NCBI GenBank assembly: GCA_964247055.1
Contig: OZ176055.1
Location: 9,486,001-9,550,000, forward strand
Direction of reading: 5' to 3'
DNA length: 64,000 nt
DNA from: Paragordius varius
Taxonomy: Eukaryota > Animalia > Nematomorpha
In this document: positions 36,994-49,900 of the stretch, piece by piece
How the letters are laid out: each line of letters begins with the position of its first letter
Numbering within the stretch: position 1 is the first letter of the stretch
Position numbers and translations under genes: made by a program
The notes under the pieces: model-generated
Told to the model about the DNA's origin: nothing
What the model saw: the letters and a program-made list of their open reading frames with translations, nothing else
Databases searched by the model: none

Positions 36994-39900
36994 ATGAATC
37001 AGACAGCAAACGGTGATGCTTCTAAGCCACCGCCAATAAGTATTTCAGTCGAAGAAATAAATCCCAATTTTAATACTTATGATATCGACAAAGGTTGGCA
37101 TTACTTACAAATTATAATAAAGTTCAATATAAATATGCAAACGGGAATATTAAAGGTGCTTATAGCCCTTCCACTCCATGTTTGGATTACACCTTCCCAG
37201 AAAAGTTTTTTAAAGCCGATCCGGCTGACGCTCAAAACCCATTAGACTTGGAACTTTTTCTTTCTAAGCGAAAAGGTTCACAGGTTCAAAAAGATAAACA
37301 TGTTTCCAGAAAAATTAAGTAATACATTAATTTTGTTTACGACCATTTTAGGTCATTTTACAAGAAACAAGATCATTTAATCAAAGAATTTGAAGAACAC
37401 ATCAATTACAATCCTTTGGATAACCTTGCACAAATCGAAGCAAATAAAGAACCTGGTGATTCCAACCTTGCCAAAATCACATTTGCCATAAATTTAGTAT
37501 TTTAATAATATTTATAATATAACTATGTTTTACTTAAAATCTATTAGTCTTAAAATTCATAAAATTTAATTATGTCTTCGGAGGGTAAACATAATTTGTT
37601 TTTAATATTAATGTATATACATAAATTATTGAAAATTCATAATTTAAATTTCAAAAACAAAACAATTGAAATTAAATTTAGTAATATATGATCCCTTTGT
37701 CAATAGTAATTGTCACCACATTAGGGCACTATCATTCAACTTTTCATCCATTCACAAATATTTCGTTTATATATCTATTGCAATTTTGGTTTGAAGTAAT
37801 CGGTAATTTAAACTAAATAAAATAAATACCTAAATGTAATTTAATTTCCGAACAAATCAAGCTCCATACCCTAAATTGATTATTTTAGTTTAAAATATAT
37901 TAAAAAAATGTTTCCATGTTTTGTGGAAGCTCTTTGCAATGGATCAAATAAAAGAATATTTTTAATAAAGAAATTAAAGTAAAAAATGAATATTAGTATG
38001 AAAATAAAAAAGAAACAAAGGGCATACCCATTACTAATAATTTTGTTTTACTATTAGTGAAAAAATAAGGAAAGGATGTAATATCATACCATACTACTAC
38101 GTAATATTCTTTCCCTTAATTAGTAAATAGTAAAAAATACTGATTATTTAATTAATGGGTATGGTAATGCTTACTCGTGCACCATGGCCCTTTGTTTCTT
38201 TTTTATTATCATCACTAATAATATTCATTTTTTTTATACTCCTAATATTAATTTCTTTCGTAATAACGATTGTTAAAATCCATAATATAACGATAAAGGA
38301 TAAATAATTGAATAGAATTATATGAAAGTATAAATAGAAATTATAAACGATATTACAAATATTCTTTAGTTTTTATGCAATACTTTTTTCTAAATGCATA
38401 AACTTTTTTTTTCTAAATTTTTTTTGTTTTGTCTCTCTTTAAAAAAAGTGTCTGATGATTATGAAAGCAGTGGCCGCTGCTCTTTCCGATTCGCTTTCTA
38501 TTATCTCAAGTTTGGTGGATTCATGCGTTGATCTCGTTTCCGGCATTATAATTTGGTACAGTAATAAAGCTAGTCGAAAACCTAATCTATACCATTATCC
38601 ACAAGGTAGGAACAATTAAGTATTCGTTTTTTAATATTTTATAGCGGATAGTTTGTTTATTAAAGTTAAATATTTTATTTGTTTGTTTGTTTCATGCATT
38701 TTAGTTAGATTTTATAATAAAAAAACTATATTTCATGTTTATGTAAAAATTATTAGGTTATATTTGTTTTTTGCATTTTATTTAATCGTTGGCACAGTTT
38801 GCAATGAATATTCATTTTTTTATATTTTTACCATTTTCAAAGGTAATTACATAAAAATATTTAAAATTTTTGTTTGTCATATACATTTTATATTAATTTA
38901 AATTTCTGGGTATTTAACGATTTTAATAGTTTAATGAAAAAATTTGCTAATGTCTTACATTGAAATATTTAAAAGTTTTTATTTTTGATTGTGTACGGAT
39001 TTAGTATATTAATTTTTTGCATGATTATTACTTGGAGAAACATTAGAATAGCTTTGTTTTTTACTTGTTAAATATATTTTTTGTAAACTTATATCAATTA
39101 AAACATGCATATTTATAATCATAGTAAAAGACATATATATATATATATATATATAATATCTAATTGTGTTTACTTATAAAAAATTGCTAATTTAAATTTA
39201 TACCTTTTTGTGAATTATTTTTGCGATAACGTTTTTACGGGGGGGAGGGGGGGGGGATTAAATTTGTTTAATATGAAAAATAGAATTATTCATGCATGAA
39301 ATTCCTCTTTATCTTTGAAATAAAAAATTAATCAATTATATCTTCCACAATGTATGGAAAGATGAATAAATATCATTTCGTTTATCACTATCTGTCATAA
39401 TTAGTGTTTAATCATTTACATATGTAAAATATTTTATCATAAATTATTTATATAGCCATTTTCTGAAGTTTTTCATATTTTTTTGGTACTTTTAAAATTT
39501 TAATCATTATTCCCACCCAAACCACTAGTTTTTTGCAAATTTTTTAATACAACACAAAAATAATATTTTTTTATATTTTTATTAAAATATTTGAAGATTA
39601 TAAAATTTTATATCCATTATTATCTTAAAAATTATATTAATTTTTTTCTAAATTTGGGTTTTTTTACGGATGATATATGTCCATTTACACAAGAAATGAT
39701 ATAAACATTGAATAAAATTATATTTTACTGATGGAAATATTATGGATTTATTTCAAAAAAACTCTTAGAAGCTTTTTCATTTCTAGGGAATCCAAAATAA
39801 ATTAAATATAAGAAATCATGACTTATATTGCATTTTATTTTCTAGGTCGAACGAGGTTAGAACCTATTGGTCTTATCATACTCTCCTCTATAATGGCAAT

Positions 39901-42603
39901 CGCTTCATTTCAAATCATTTTCACTTCCATTGGGCAAATGATAAAGGGTGATATGCATCCCAAAGTTGATACCGCTACCCTAGTTATAACTGTAACTACG
40001 ATAGGTTAACACAATTTACAGAGATTTTTAGATTAGAAATTAAAAATGTGGTCTTTTAAACTTATTTTGAACATTTTTTACTGATACATTTTGAGTACAT
40101 TAATATAAAAATTTATAAATGTAGGTTTTAAGTTTTTAAGCAAAGAGCTATCAATTTAATGGTAGAAAAGTGTCTTTAAAGTCAATTATAATGACAAGTT
40201 TCTAGTTTTTTCAACATAAAAGGTATTTAGTATATGTTAAAGAATAGAATATAACCCTATATCTAATGATTTTATCTTTTTTAAATTATATCGATTGAAT
40301 AAATTTAATATGGTTGACAAAAAAAAAAGAAAAACCTTTTTTTTACAAAAATTGACCTTTTTCCTCTCAATAAATAAAATAATTATTTTATGCCTTATAT
40401 TTTCAAAATAATTATATAACTAGTTGTTAAACTAATACTTTGGATTGCTATGAGACGTTACACTACGCCAGGAGCTAAAGTTCTTACTATGGATCAGCGA
40501 AATGATTTTTTCTCAAATACGGTCGCTCTAATATGCGCCTACATTGGTAATTTTTTTATAAATGAAGATAATTGGAATTACACAGACAAAACTTACGTAA
40601 AAATATAAAAACAAAATTTATTTTTTAAATGATACCCATATACTGTTTCAAACCTTAATTTATGGTATAAGCCTCATTTAAATACAATGGTAAAATACAT
40701 GATTGATTTTGTTACCAATTTAGATTAATATATCTTACGTTGCAGTTTAAAACAATAAGTTTTATGTCAAAAAAATTAAAGAATTAAAAAGTATAGTTTG
40801 TTGTCTTTTAGAGAAAAATATATGTCTTTTATTTTTGCGTTTTGTCCGTATAATGTCAATTTTTACTGTAATTTCTAAAAGAGGAAGCATATGTTTCTAC
40901 TGTTTTATGCACCAAACTATTTAATTAGATTCTAACCTAACGCGGAATGCAAATTCCGAAATTTTTAATATGGTTTTATGATTCGTTAAAATAATGTAAA
41001 ATAATAAATTATTAATATGTTTTTAAATTACAGTAAAAATTGAAATTATACGGGCAAAACATAAAAAATAAATACAATTTTTTTTGAAAAGACAACCATA
41101 CTTTTTTAAACCTTAATTTATCTTATACAAAACATTTAATTACAATCGTAAAATACACAATTGATTGTGTTACCAATTTGCATTAATATATTATATTTTG
41201 TAGTTTAAAACAATAAGTTATATGTAAAAAATTAAAGATTTTATAAGTATAGTTTGTTGTCTTTTAGAGAAAAATATGTCTTTTAATAGTTATGTTTTGT
41301 CCGTATAATTTTTACTGTAATTTACAAAAGAGGAAGCAAATGTATTACTGTTGCATCAAACTATTTAATTTGATTCTAACCTAACGCGGAATGTTTTGAA
41401 AATTCTGAAAAATATGGTTTAATGATTTCTTAAAATAATGTAAAATAATAAATTATTAATATTGTTTGTTCTAAAATACAGTAAAATTGAAATTATACGG
41501 ATAAAATATATAAATATATAGACAAATTTTTAAAAACAACCATACTTTTTTAAACCTAAATTTATCTTGTAACATTTAATTACAATGGTAAAATACATAA
41601 TTTTGTTACCATTACATTTCTATATTTTATACTTTTCATTTTAAAACAATAAGTTTTATGTAAAAAAATTAAAGAATTAAAAAGTATAGTTTGTATTTCA
41701 AAAGTAAATTTGTTTTTATATTTTCACGTTTTGTCCGTCCGTATAATTTCAATTTTTACTGCAATATATATTCAGGTTTTCTTTACTGGAGGTATGCGGA
41801 TCCGATTGGTGCACTCTTAATCGCCATTTATATTGCAATGAGTTGGTGGTTAACTGGATATAGTATGAAACTTATTATTTTTTATTTAGTTTATAAAATT
41901 TTGTAGTTTAAGCAATCCACTATAAAGTTATTTTAAATTTAAAGAAAAACTTATCTTACATGGATGTATAAAAAAATTTGTGGTTGATATAACCCTAACC
42001 AACGATTTTGTAATTATGACTGAGTTTAATTTTGATTTTGCGACTTCTCTAATAGGCAGCCGTTTAGTTTAATTTAATGGATAATTTTATCAGAAATAAA
42101 AAAATAATCTATTTCAACACTAAAAAGAATATTTTCATGGAGCAAAATATCACTAAAAATTGTTTTTTCTTTTTTCGCGTTGAATAGAACAAATCCAATT
42201 CCTTACGGGCCATACAGCACAATCACGTTTTTTGCAACTCATCACATGGATTTGTTTGAATCATAACGAAAAAATACTCAAAATCGATACTGTCCGTGCT
42301 TTCCATTTTGGGAACAATTTTTTGGTTGCTATAATTCCCTATTTTTTTATTTTTGAATTGTACAGCATATCTTGCAAATATTTAATAAAATAATTATTTG
42401 GACAAATATTCCAAATTTTGATAAACTTTCTTTAGGTTGAAGTGGACATTATGTTGCCCGAAACTATGGCGCTAAAGGAGGCACATGATATTGGCGAAGA
42501 GTTACAAAGAAAATTGGAAAGTTTACCACAAATAGAGCGCGCATTTGTCCATCTTGATTATGAAACTGAACATAGACCCATTGAAGAACATAAAATACCT
42601 TAG
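36994..42603 (+). CDS. Cation diffusion facilitator of the Mn-CDF (MTP8/MTP11-like) group, 9 exons
   Basis: Exons 36994-37093, 37123-37318, 37352-37496, 38449-38605, 39846-40004, 40424-40546, 41776-41862, 42188-42324, 42436-42603. Peptides: [104 protein letters not shown]. Confidence 0.92.
37966..38257. repeat. Foldback (inverted-arm) element in CDF intron 3
   Basis: AAAAAATGAATATTAGTATGAAAATAAAAAAGAAACAAAGGGCATACCCATTA is matched by the reverse complement of about 38155-38257 (ATGGGTATGG...CCCTTTGTTTCTTTTTTATTATCATCACTAATAATATTCATTTTTT). Confidence 0.65.
40563..41761. repeat. Three MITE-A copies separated by two homologous spacers of about 160 bp
   Basis: Both spacers (40871-41028 and 41320-41476) contain AAAAGAGGAAGCA..CAAACTATTTAATT.GATTCTAACCTAACGCGGAATG..AAAATAATGTAAAATAATAAATTATTAATAT. 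Confidence 0.85.
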
Positions 42604-43163
42604 AGTTAAATCTTAGTAAAAAAAAACGCACAAAAAATCCATGATAAACTGCCAATATATACAGTAAAAATTGAAAATATAAAGACAAATATTTTATTCA
42701 AGACACCTAATATAATTTATTGTTTTGAATTGCAAAGTATAAAAAAGAGATGTAGATTGGTAACACAATTTAAATTATTATATTGAAAGGTTAATAAAAA
42801 TATAGTTTGTATTTTTGAAAAAAAATATTTGTCTTTATATTTTTTTACGTTTTGCCTGTATAATTTCAATTTTCACTGTATTAGTAAATTTAGCAAAAAT
42901 TTAATATTTATACAGTATGCATAAATATATATTGCTATTTTTTCATTATTAATTGTTACCAAATAGCATATATGTATATATATGAAAGGAAAAATAATTT
43001 TGGTTTATAGTTAATTTTTCATGCTATTCACCAATAGAAAAGCTCTTTGCTGTATATGCTATTTTGGCAATATTTAATCAAAAAAACGAGCAGTTTCTAG
43101 TTACACTGTAATATATATATATGTCTGTCTGTATATAATCTTTATTAAATTTTATTTAATTTA

Positions 43164-43346
43164 CAGTATGCCATTTAATGGTTGCTTATATCTCTCTCTA
43201 TAGTAAGGCAATTTGCAACACAGGAGTTGTGTATGAAAAAAAAAAGGTTTGTTTAACCTTTTGTTGTTTTTTTCCATACACTACTGTGTGTTGCAAATTG
43301 ACCGACTATAGTGTTGTGAAATAAGCAACCATTAAAATGCATAATG
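43164..43346. mobile_element. MITE family D copy downstream of the rhodanese gene
   Basis: TA|CAGTATGCCATTTAATGGTTGCTTAT ... ATAAGCAACCATTAAAATGCATAATG|TA. Confidence 0.8.
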
Positions 43347-43480
43347 TAAAATCCATCATCTCGTCTCTAAAAAATTGTGAATTATTACAACATAAAATTG
43401 TGAATAATTATACTACACCAAATGCAAGAATCTGTAAATAATTTTATTTTTATAACCATAAATAAGTAATTAAATGCATA

Positions 43481-43901
43481 TTATTTTTTCCATTGACTGA
43501 AACCACCATCCAGATTTATTGCACTGCAAAAATTAAAAAAGCTTGATACTTTGTTATGCCATTTTGTCTAGCCAATTGTGTGGCTAATAAACCCCTTCGC
43601 CCAAGTTGACAATAAAATACGACATTACAATCGGGATCATGAAATAATTTCTTTTGATTCTCATCCAAAGATTCTTCTAACAAAGCAAAATTTTCTTTAA
43701 ATTTAGTTACTGCGTATGTTTTAGATATCAAAAGATTACTAGGGACATTTATAGAGTTTTCAATTTTTCCACAAGAGCCCTCTTCTGGATTCCTGACATC
43801 AATTAATAAACATTTTTTATTTTTATCTTCCAAAATATCTGCTAAATTTGAGCCGGAGATTGATTCAGCCTTTTAAAATTAATCCAAAGAAAAAATACCA
43901 T
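43481..43901 (-). CDS. Single-domain rhodanese / thiosulfate sulfurtransferase (TSTD1/TSTD3-like), 4 exons
   Basis: ATG at 43901-43899; introns 43898-43870 (29 nt), 43739-43710 (30 nt) and 43549-43524 (26 nt). Spliced peptide: MAESISGSNL..LLIDVRNPEE..G.IENSINVP..VVFYCQLGRRGLLATQLARQNGITNAINLDGGFSQWKK. The active-site loop CQLGRRG resembles TSTD1 CQMGKRG. Confidence 0.88.
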
Positions 43902-43942
43902 AATACTGACGCCTATCTGTACTCATACATTCGTTTTGGCAA

Positions 43943-46900
43943 ATGGAATCCGAGTCGGCAAAAGCTTTGCGAAAATCGCTAGAAACTCCTGAAGAGAAGC
44001 GAGCTAGGAGATTGGCTAAAAAACTGCTTAAGGAGAAGAAAAAGAAAGAAAAGCTTGGTTGGGATGACGAACATTTATCTTATACGAATGTGGATAATCC
44101 ATTTGGTGATCCAAATTTGCATAGACCATTCATATGGAAGAAAAAGTTTGAGAAGGAAGGTTTTAAATTTTTACTTAAAGGCCATATAGGTATCGATAAT
44201 GTTAGTCAATCCAAGCTGCTTGAAATAAATTATCAAAAACAGGAACAGAATAAACTGGAATTAGATAAAGTTAAGAAAAGGCGATGGCTTTATGAAAAAG
44301 AAAAGGAAGATAGACAGTATCAAGTAAATCAGTATTTTATAAATATTTTATATCCAAATTGTTTATTTCATTAATTATAAACGGTATTTAGGTTTCTTCA
44401 ATTCTTATATTTGGATATTTTTTTAGCGTGTGTATTATAAATATTTGAATCTTTTTGTAGTTATTTTGTTGTAAATTTTTTAAATTACTTAATTAATTTT
44501 GGGTTATATACAATTTTGCCAATTCTCGTTTTTTTAATTCAAAAGTAAATAAAAACTCTTTTATACAGTAGATTAAGAAATGTATAATATAAAGTTTTAT
44601 TAAAATTAAACCGTTATAGCATAGCTAGCTGGTATCAAATGCTGCGGTTTAAAATATTTTGACTTTAACCACATATTCAATAGAGAAATTTTAAAGAATT
44701 AAAAATTTAATTGTCCGAAAAATTGACAATTCCTACTTTAATACGGCTTTATATTTTAAAAAATGAAACTTATTAATTAAATATTTTTCTATAAAATTAT
44801 TTTTTGGAAAAATTATAACCATATTATTTTGAAAAAAAATATAATTTAGGTTGAAATGATGCAACGTGAGAAAGAGGCTCAACAGTTTCGGGAATGGGAA
44901 CAGCAAGAAGATAAATTCCATTTGGAACAAGCCTTACTTAGGTTCGTTTTTTTAAATATTTCAAAATTTGAATTTTATAATTTTTTGGGCAAATAAAATT
45001 ATTATTGTTTTTTTATTCTGAAACACTAGATTTAAATTTGTGTTATCTAGAGACATATTATAATATCAAAAATGAAATTAGCATGCACTTTTTTGTATAT
45101 AAAATAAAATTTTACTTTTTAGTTTTGACCATATTTTTTTACAACTTTAGTAAGACTGTACATAGTTCTCACAATGAGTTTTAGGCAATAAAAAATGAAA
45201 TGTAATTATATTATTTTGAAAAAAATACGAACATATTATATATTAATGGAGCAAAAAATTATGATTCGGATATATACATATATATATAATAATTTCATTT
45301 TTCTAAATTAATGTCATTCTTTAGAGGGACGGATTCATTTTCTTTTATAATCTAAATTAATTTATATTTAAATGTAAATTTATTTTGTTTCTTCTATGTC
45401 ATCAGATCTGAAATCCGTATTAAAGATAATCGTGCAAAACCGATCGATTTATTAGCCAAATACATTAATAGTAAGGGCGAGGATATATCCGTTGAAATTA
45501 ATGAACCTTACACTTACCTTAACGGTTTAACCATTCCTGATCTCGAAGACTTGTTGGAGGATATTAAAGTAGTACTTTTTTAATAACTTTTTTATCTAAA
45601 AAAAAGAGATTTATTCATAAAATTTTTCTTATTTTGGTCATATGGGTTTTTATTTTAATCATCTTTTTTTAACCGTTAGATACTCACACCTTTTTTTGAT
45701 ATGAATGTGTATAGATATATATAAATATATATTGATTGAATATTTTTGGTTTAGTGTCTTCATAAATTAAGATCACACATTGAAAAGAAAAGCTCAAGTT
45801 GTGTTAAAATGTAAAAGTTAATCCTTTTTGTTTTAAAAGAAAGTTTTTTTTTTAATTTTACTGAAAATTCATTTGATTATACCGAAACTTATTCTCCATT
45901 GAAGAGAGTTGTATTTATCACAATTTATATTTAATAACATTTACCCAATTATCAAACGAAAAAGTTATTAGTATCAATAAAAAATTTAATCTAATTCTTT
46001 TATAATAATTAAATTTGAGAAATACAAAACCTATTTTCTTTTGAAATAAAAAAGCAAAAATTTATACACATATTCTTATTTAGGTGTATATGGAATTGGA
46101 ACAAGGCAAAAATGTTGAATATTGGAAAGATATAACCACTATCGTAGCGGATGAGTTGGAAAAATTGAAACAAATTGTGGCTGCTGAAAAAGATGGTTTT
46201 TTATTTATAATTTTTTTTTTATATGCTTTTAATTTTTATTTTGAAAAACCTTAAATTATGAAAAAAAATATATATGTGGACTTAAATTAATCTAATATTA
46301 AATCAAAAATTTAAACTTTTACAAAGTATATTAATATATTACATTAGCATATTTTTGTTTTAAATATCGAGATGTAATCAATAATATATAATTCAATATT
46401 TGATTTCACTCTTGAATAATTCAAATTCACCCTAAAATTTTAATATGTGTTTTCGGGCAGCTAATATAACTCATCATTAATAAGAAATATATTCTTATGG
46501 CATAGTTTATTATTATTTCAGTATTGTCTAAATTTTAAACGAAATTTAATTTTTAAAAATATATAATAATTCAAATTCACCTTAAAAAATATATTATGTG
46601 TTTTTGGGCAGCTAATATAACTCATCATTAATAAGAAATATATTCTTATGACATTTATCTTATTCAGTATTGTCTCAATATTTTAAACGAAATTTTATTT
46701 TTTTAAATATAAAATAATTCAAATTCACCCTAAACATAAATTATGTGTTTTCGGCTAATATAATTCATCATTAATTAATAAGAAATATATTTTTATGGCA
46801 TAGTTTATTATTTTTTCAGTATTGTATTAACAATGTACGAAATATCATTTTTTTAAATATAGGTAATTCAAATTCACCCTAAAAATAAATTATGTGTTTC

Positions 46901-49900
46901 GGGCAGCTAATATAACTTATCATTTAAGAAATATATTTTTATGGCACAGTTAATCATTTTTCAGTATTGTCTTAAATTTAAACGAAATTTCATTTTTTTC
47001 AAATATAGGTAATTCAATTTTACACTAAACATAAATTATGTGTTCTAATATAATTCATTTTTATAAGAAATATATTTTTATGGCATAGTTTATTATTTTT
47101 TCAGTATTGTATTAACAATAAACGAAATATCATTTTTTAATAATATAAAATAATTTAAATTCACCCTAAACATAAATTATGTGTTTTCGGACTAATATAA
47201 TTCATCATTAATAAGAAATATATTTTTATAAATGGCATAGTTTATTATTTTTTCAGTATTGTATTACAATAAACGAAATTTATTTTTAAAAATAAAAAAT
47301 AATTCAATATACACTAAAAATAAATTATGTGTTTTCGGTCAGCTAATATAACTTATCATTAATAAGAAATATATTCTTATGACATTTATTATTTTTCAGT
47401 ATTGTCTTAAACAAAATTTTATTTTTTTTAAATATAGGTAATTTTCTAAAAAGCACACATTATAATTTTATTTTAGGGTGAATTCGAATTGTTCAAATCT
47501 GTAATCAATCTAATTTATATGGATTTTTTTTATTCATAGAATATTATTCACATCGTAGAGAAGGGATTAATCAAAGCGTTCGTGAAGATGTCTTTAAAAT
47601 GTTCCAAGGTAAAACTTATAAACAACTTGAAATTCTGTCTGCTCAAATTACACGTAAAATCCAAGTAAGTTTAATAATTTACTTATTTTTTTTTCGTTAA
47701 ATTACATAGTAAAAATTGAAATTATATTACGGACAAAATGTAATAATATAATTTTTTTCTAAAAGACAGCTAATTATATTACTTAAATTTTGAGATTATT
47801 TTATAGTAAACTTATTGTTTTAACCCTGAAAAGTATAAATAGAGATATAAATTGGAAACAAAATTTATTATTATATATGATTGTAATTATATGTTTGAAG
47901 GATAAATTAAGGTTTAATAAAGTATGGTCATATCTTTTGAAAGAAAGATATTTGTCTTTATATTATTACGTTTTGTCCGTATATAATTTCAATTTTTACT
48001 GTAATTTGTATTATCTGAAAAAATATGTTATTTTTATAATTACTGTATGAATGATAAAACATTGTTATTAAATATTTTGTTTTAAACAATTTTTATAAAA
48101 AAAACTTTACCATATAAGCATATTTTTTGATTTAATAATTATTATTAGGTTATTAATTAATATATATTACATTGTTAATTATACAGTAAAAATTGAAATT
48201 ATACGGACAAAACGTAAAAATATAAAAATAATATTTTTTTTTCAAAAGACAACCATACTTTTTAAACCTTAGTATGTATTACATATATAAAATATTTACC
48301 TGCCTACTGTAAAATAGAAAATTGATAGGGTTACCTATTTACATCTCTATTTGATACAATTTTCGATTAAAATAATAAGTTATATCGAAAATAATCAAAA
48401 TTTAAAAAGTAGCGTTGTCTTTTAAAAAAAATATTTGTCTGTATATTTTTACGTTTTGTCCGTATAATTCCAACCTACTATACAATTTAAAAATATTTGC
48501 ATGTAAAATATTCTTGACAGTATAATAAATTTACATATTTTTGCTTTAATTTAGCTGTTCATATTCATTACACTTTTTTTTAATCATAATAATGTGAAAT
48601 AGACGCAAGAGAATATCGATATTGGTTATTGGGAATCGTTGCTTAAACAACTCCACGCCTATATGGCGAAAGCGAGATTACGTGAAAAACATTCGGAATA
48701 TCTGAAAAATCAATTGTTTAGAATTAAGCTAGAACAGGCTAATAATTTGACCCAAGAAAATAATGCTGATATTAGTAGCAAAACGAAAAATAATAATTAT
48801 ACTGATAATCCACCTAGTACTAATAAAGCTGAGCAGCCTTTATTTCCTGGCATAATGTTGAAAGATGGTGCCAAAAAAGATAAAATATCTAACATAAGCC
48901 ATGAACCCAATGTTACTTATGCTGATAAGAAGTGTGAATTGGAAAATGATATACCTACTACTTCATCGAAGTAGGAATTTAGTTTCATCTTTATAAAGCT
49001 ACTTTAGCGTTTTTAATTTTTTAAAATTTACAGTAAAAACTGAAAATATACGAACAAAACATAAAAATAAAGATTTTTCTAAAATACAACCATACTTTTT
49101 TTAAACCTTAATTTTTCTTATATAAATTATATAACTACAATTGTAAAATATATAATTGATTGTTATATCGATATACATATCAATTTCATACTTTGAAGTT
49201 TAAAACCATTAGTTTTATTTAAAAAAACAAGATTCCAAAATCTTTTGAAAAATAATATTTGACGTTATATTTTACGTTTTGTATCTATTGTTTCAATTTT
49301 TACTGTATCGAATTTATTAAGTATAAAAATGGTTTCAAAAATTTAATTTTCTTATAACTTTGTTTAAAGTTAAACCAATCGATCCATAAATGAAATTTAA
49401 ATAACTAGAAAACAAAATTACCAATAATTTTTTTAATGATTGTTATAAAATTGGTTAATATATAATAATCTCTATTTATTGCATTCGAAGATTTATAAAA
49501 ATTTTGGATAATAAATAATTAAGGAAATTATTTTTTTTGTAATCAAAAACCGTTTATAACAAATTTAATTAAGATTCATCCTAATTTTATCGCACTAACA
49601 CATACATATTTTATAGTACCAGAATGCCACAATCTAAAATCAACACCAATACCAATACACGCGATATAAATCATCCTATGGAAAAAATGGGGAATCAAAA
49701 TGCATCAGCTGATTTTGAGGAAGGATCTGACGACACCGAAGAAAACGACGACAACACTTTAGATGAAACTGAATCAGCTGTTCGAGCTTACGAAAGGGGT
49801 AATTATTCGCCCCCACCCCTGATTTCGGAAAAATTGGTTGATAAAGACGCCCTCATCTCCGAACAAGACGAGGAATTGAGGCGAGAAGAAGCCCTAAGGA

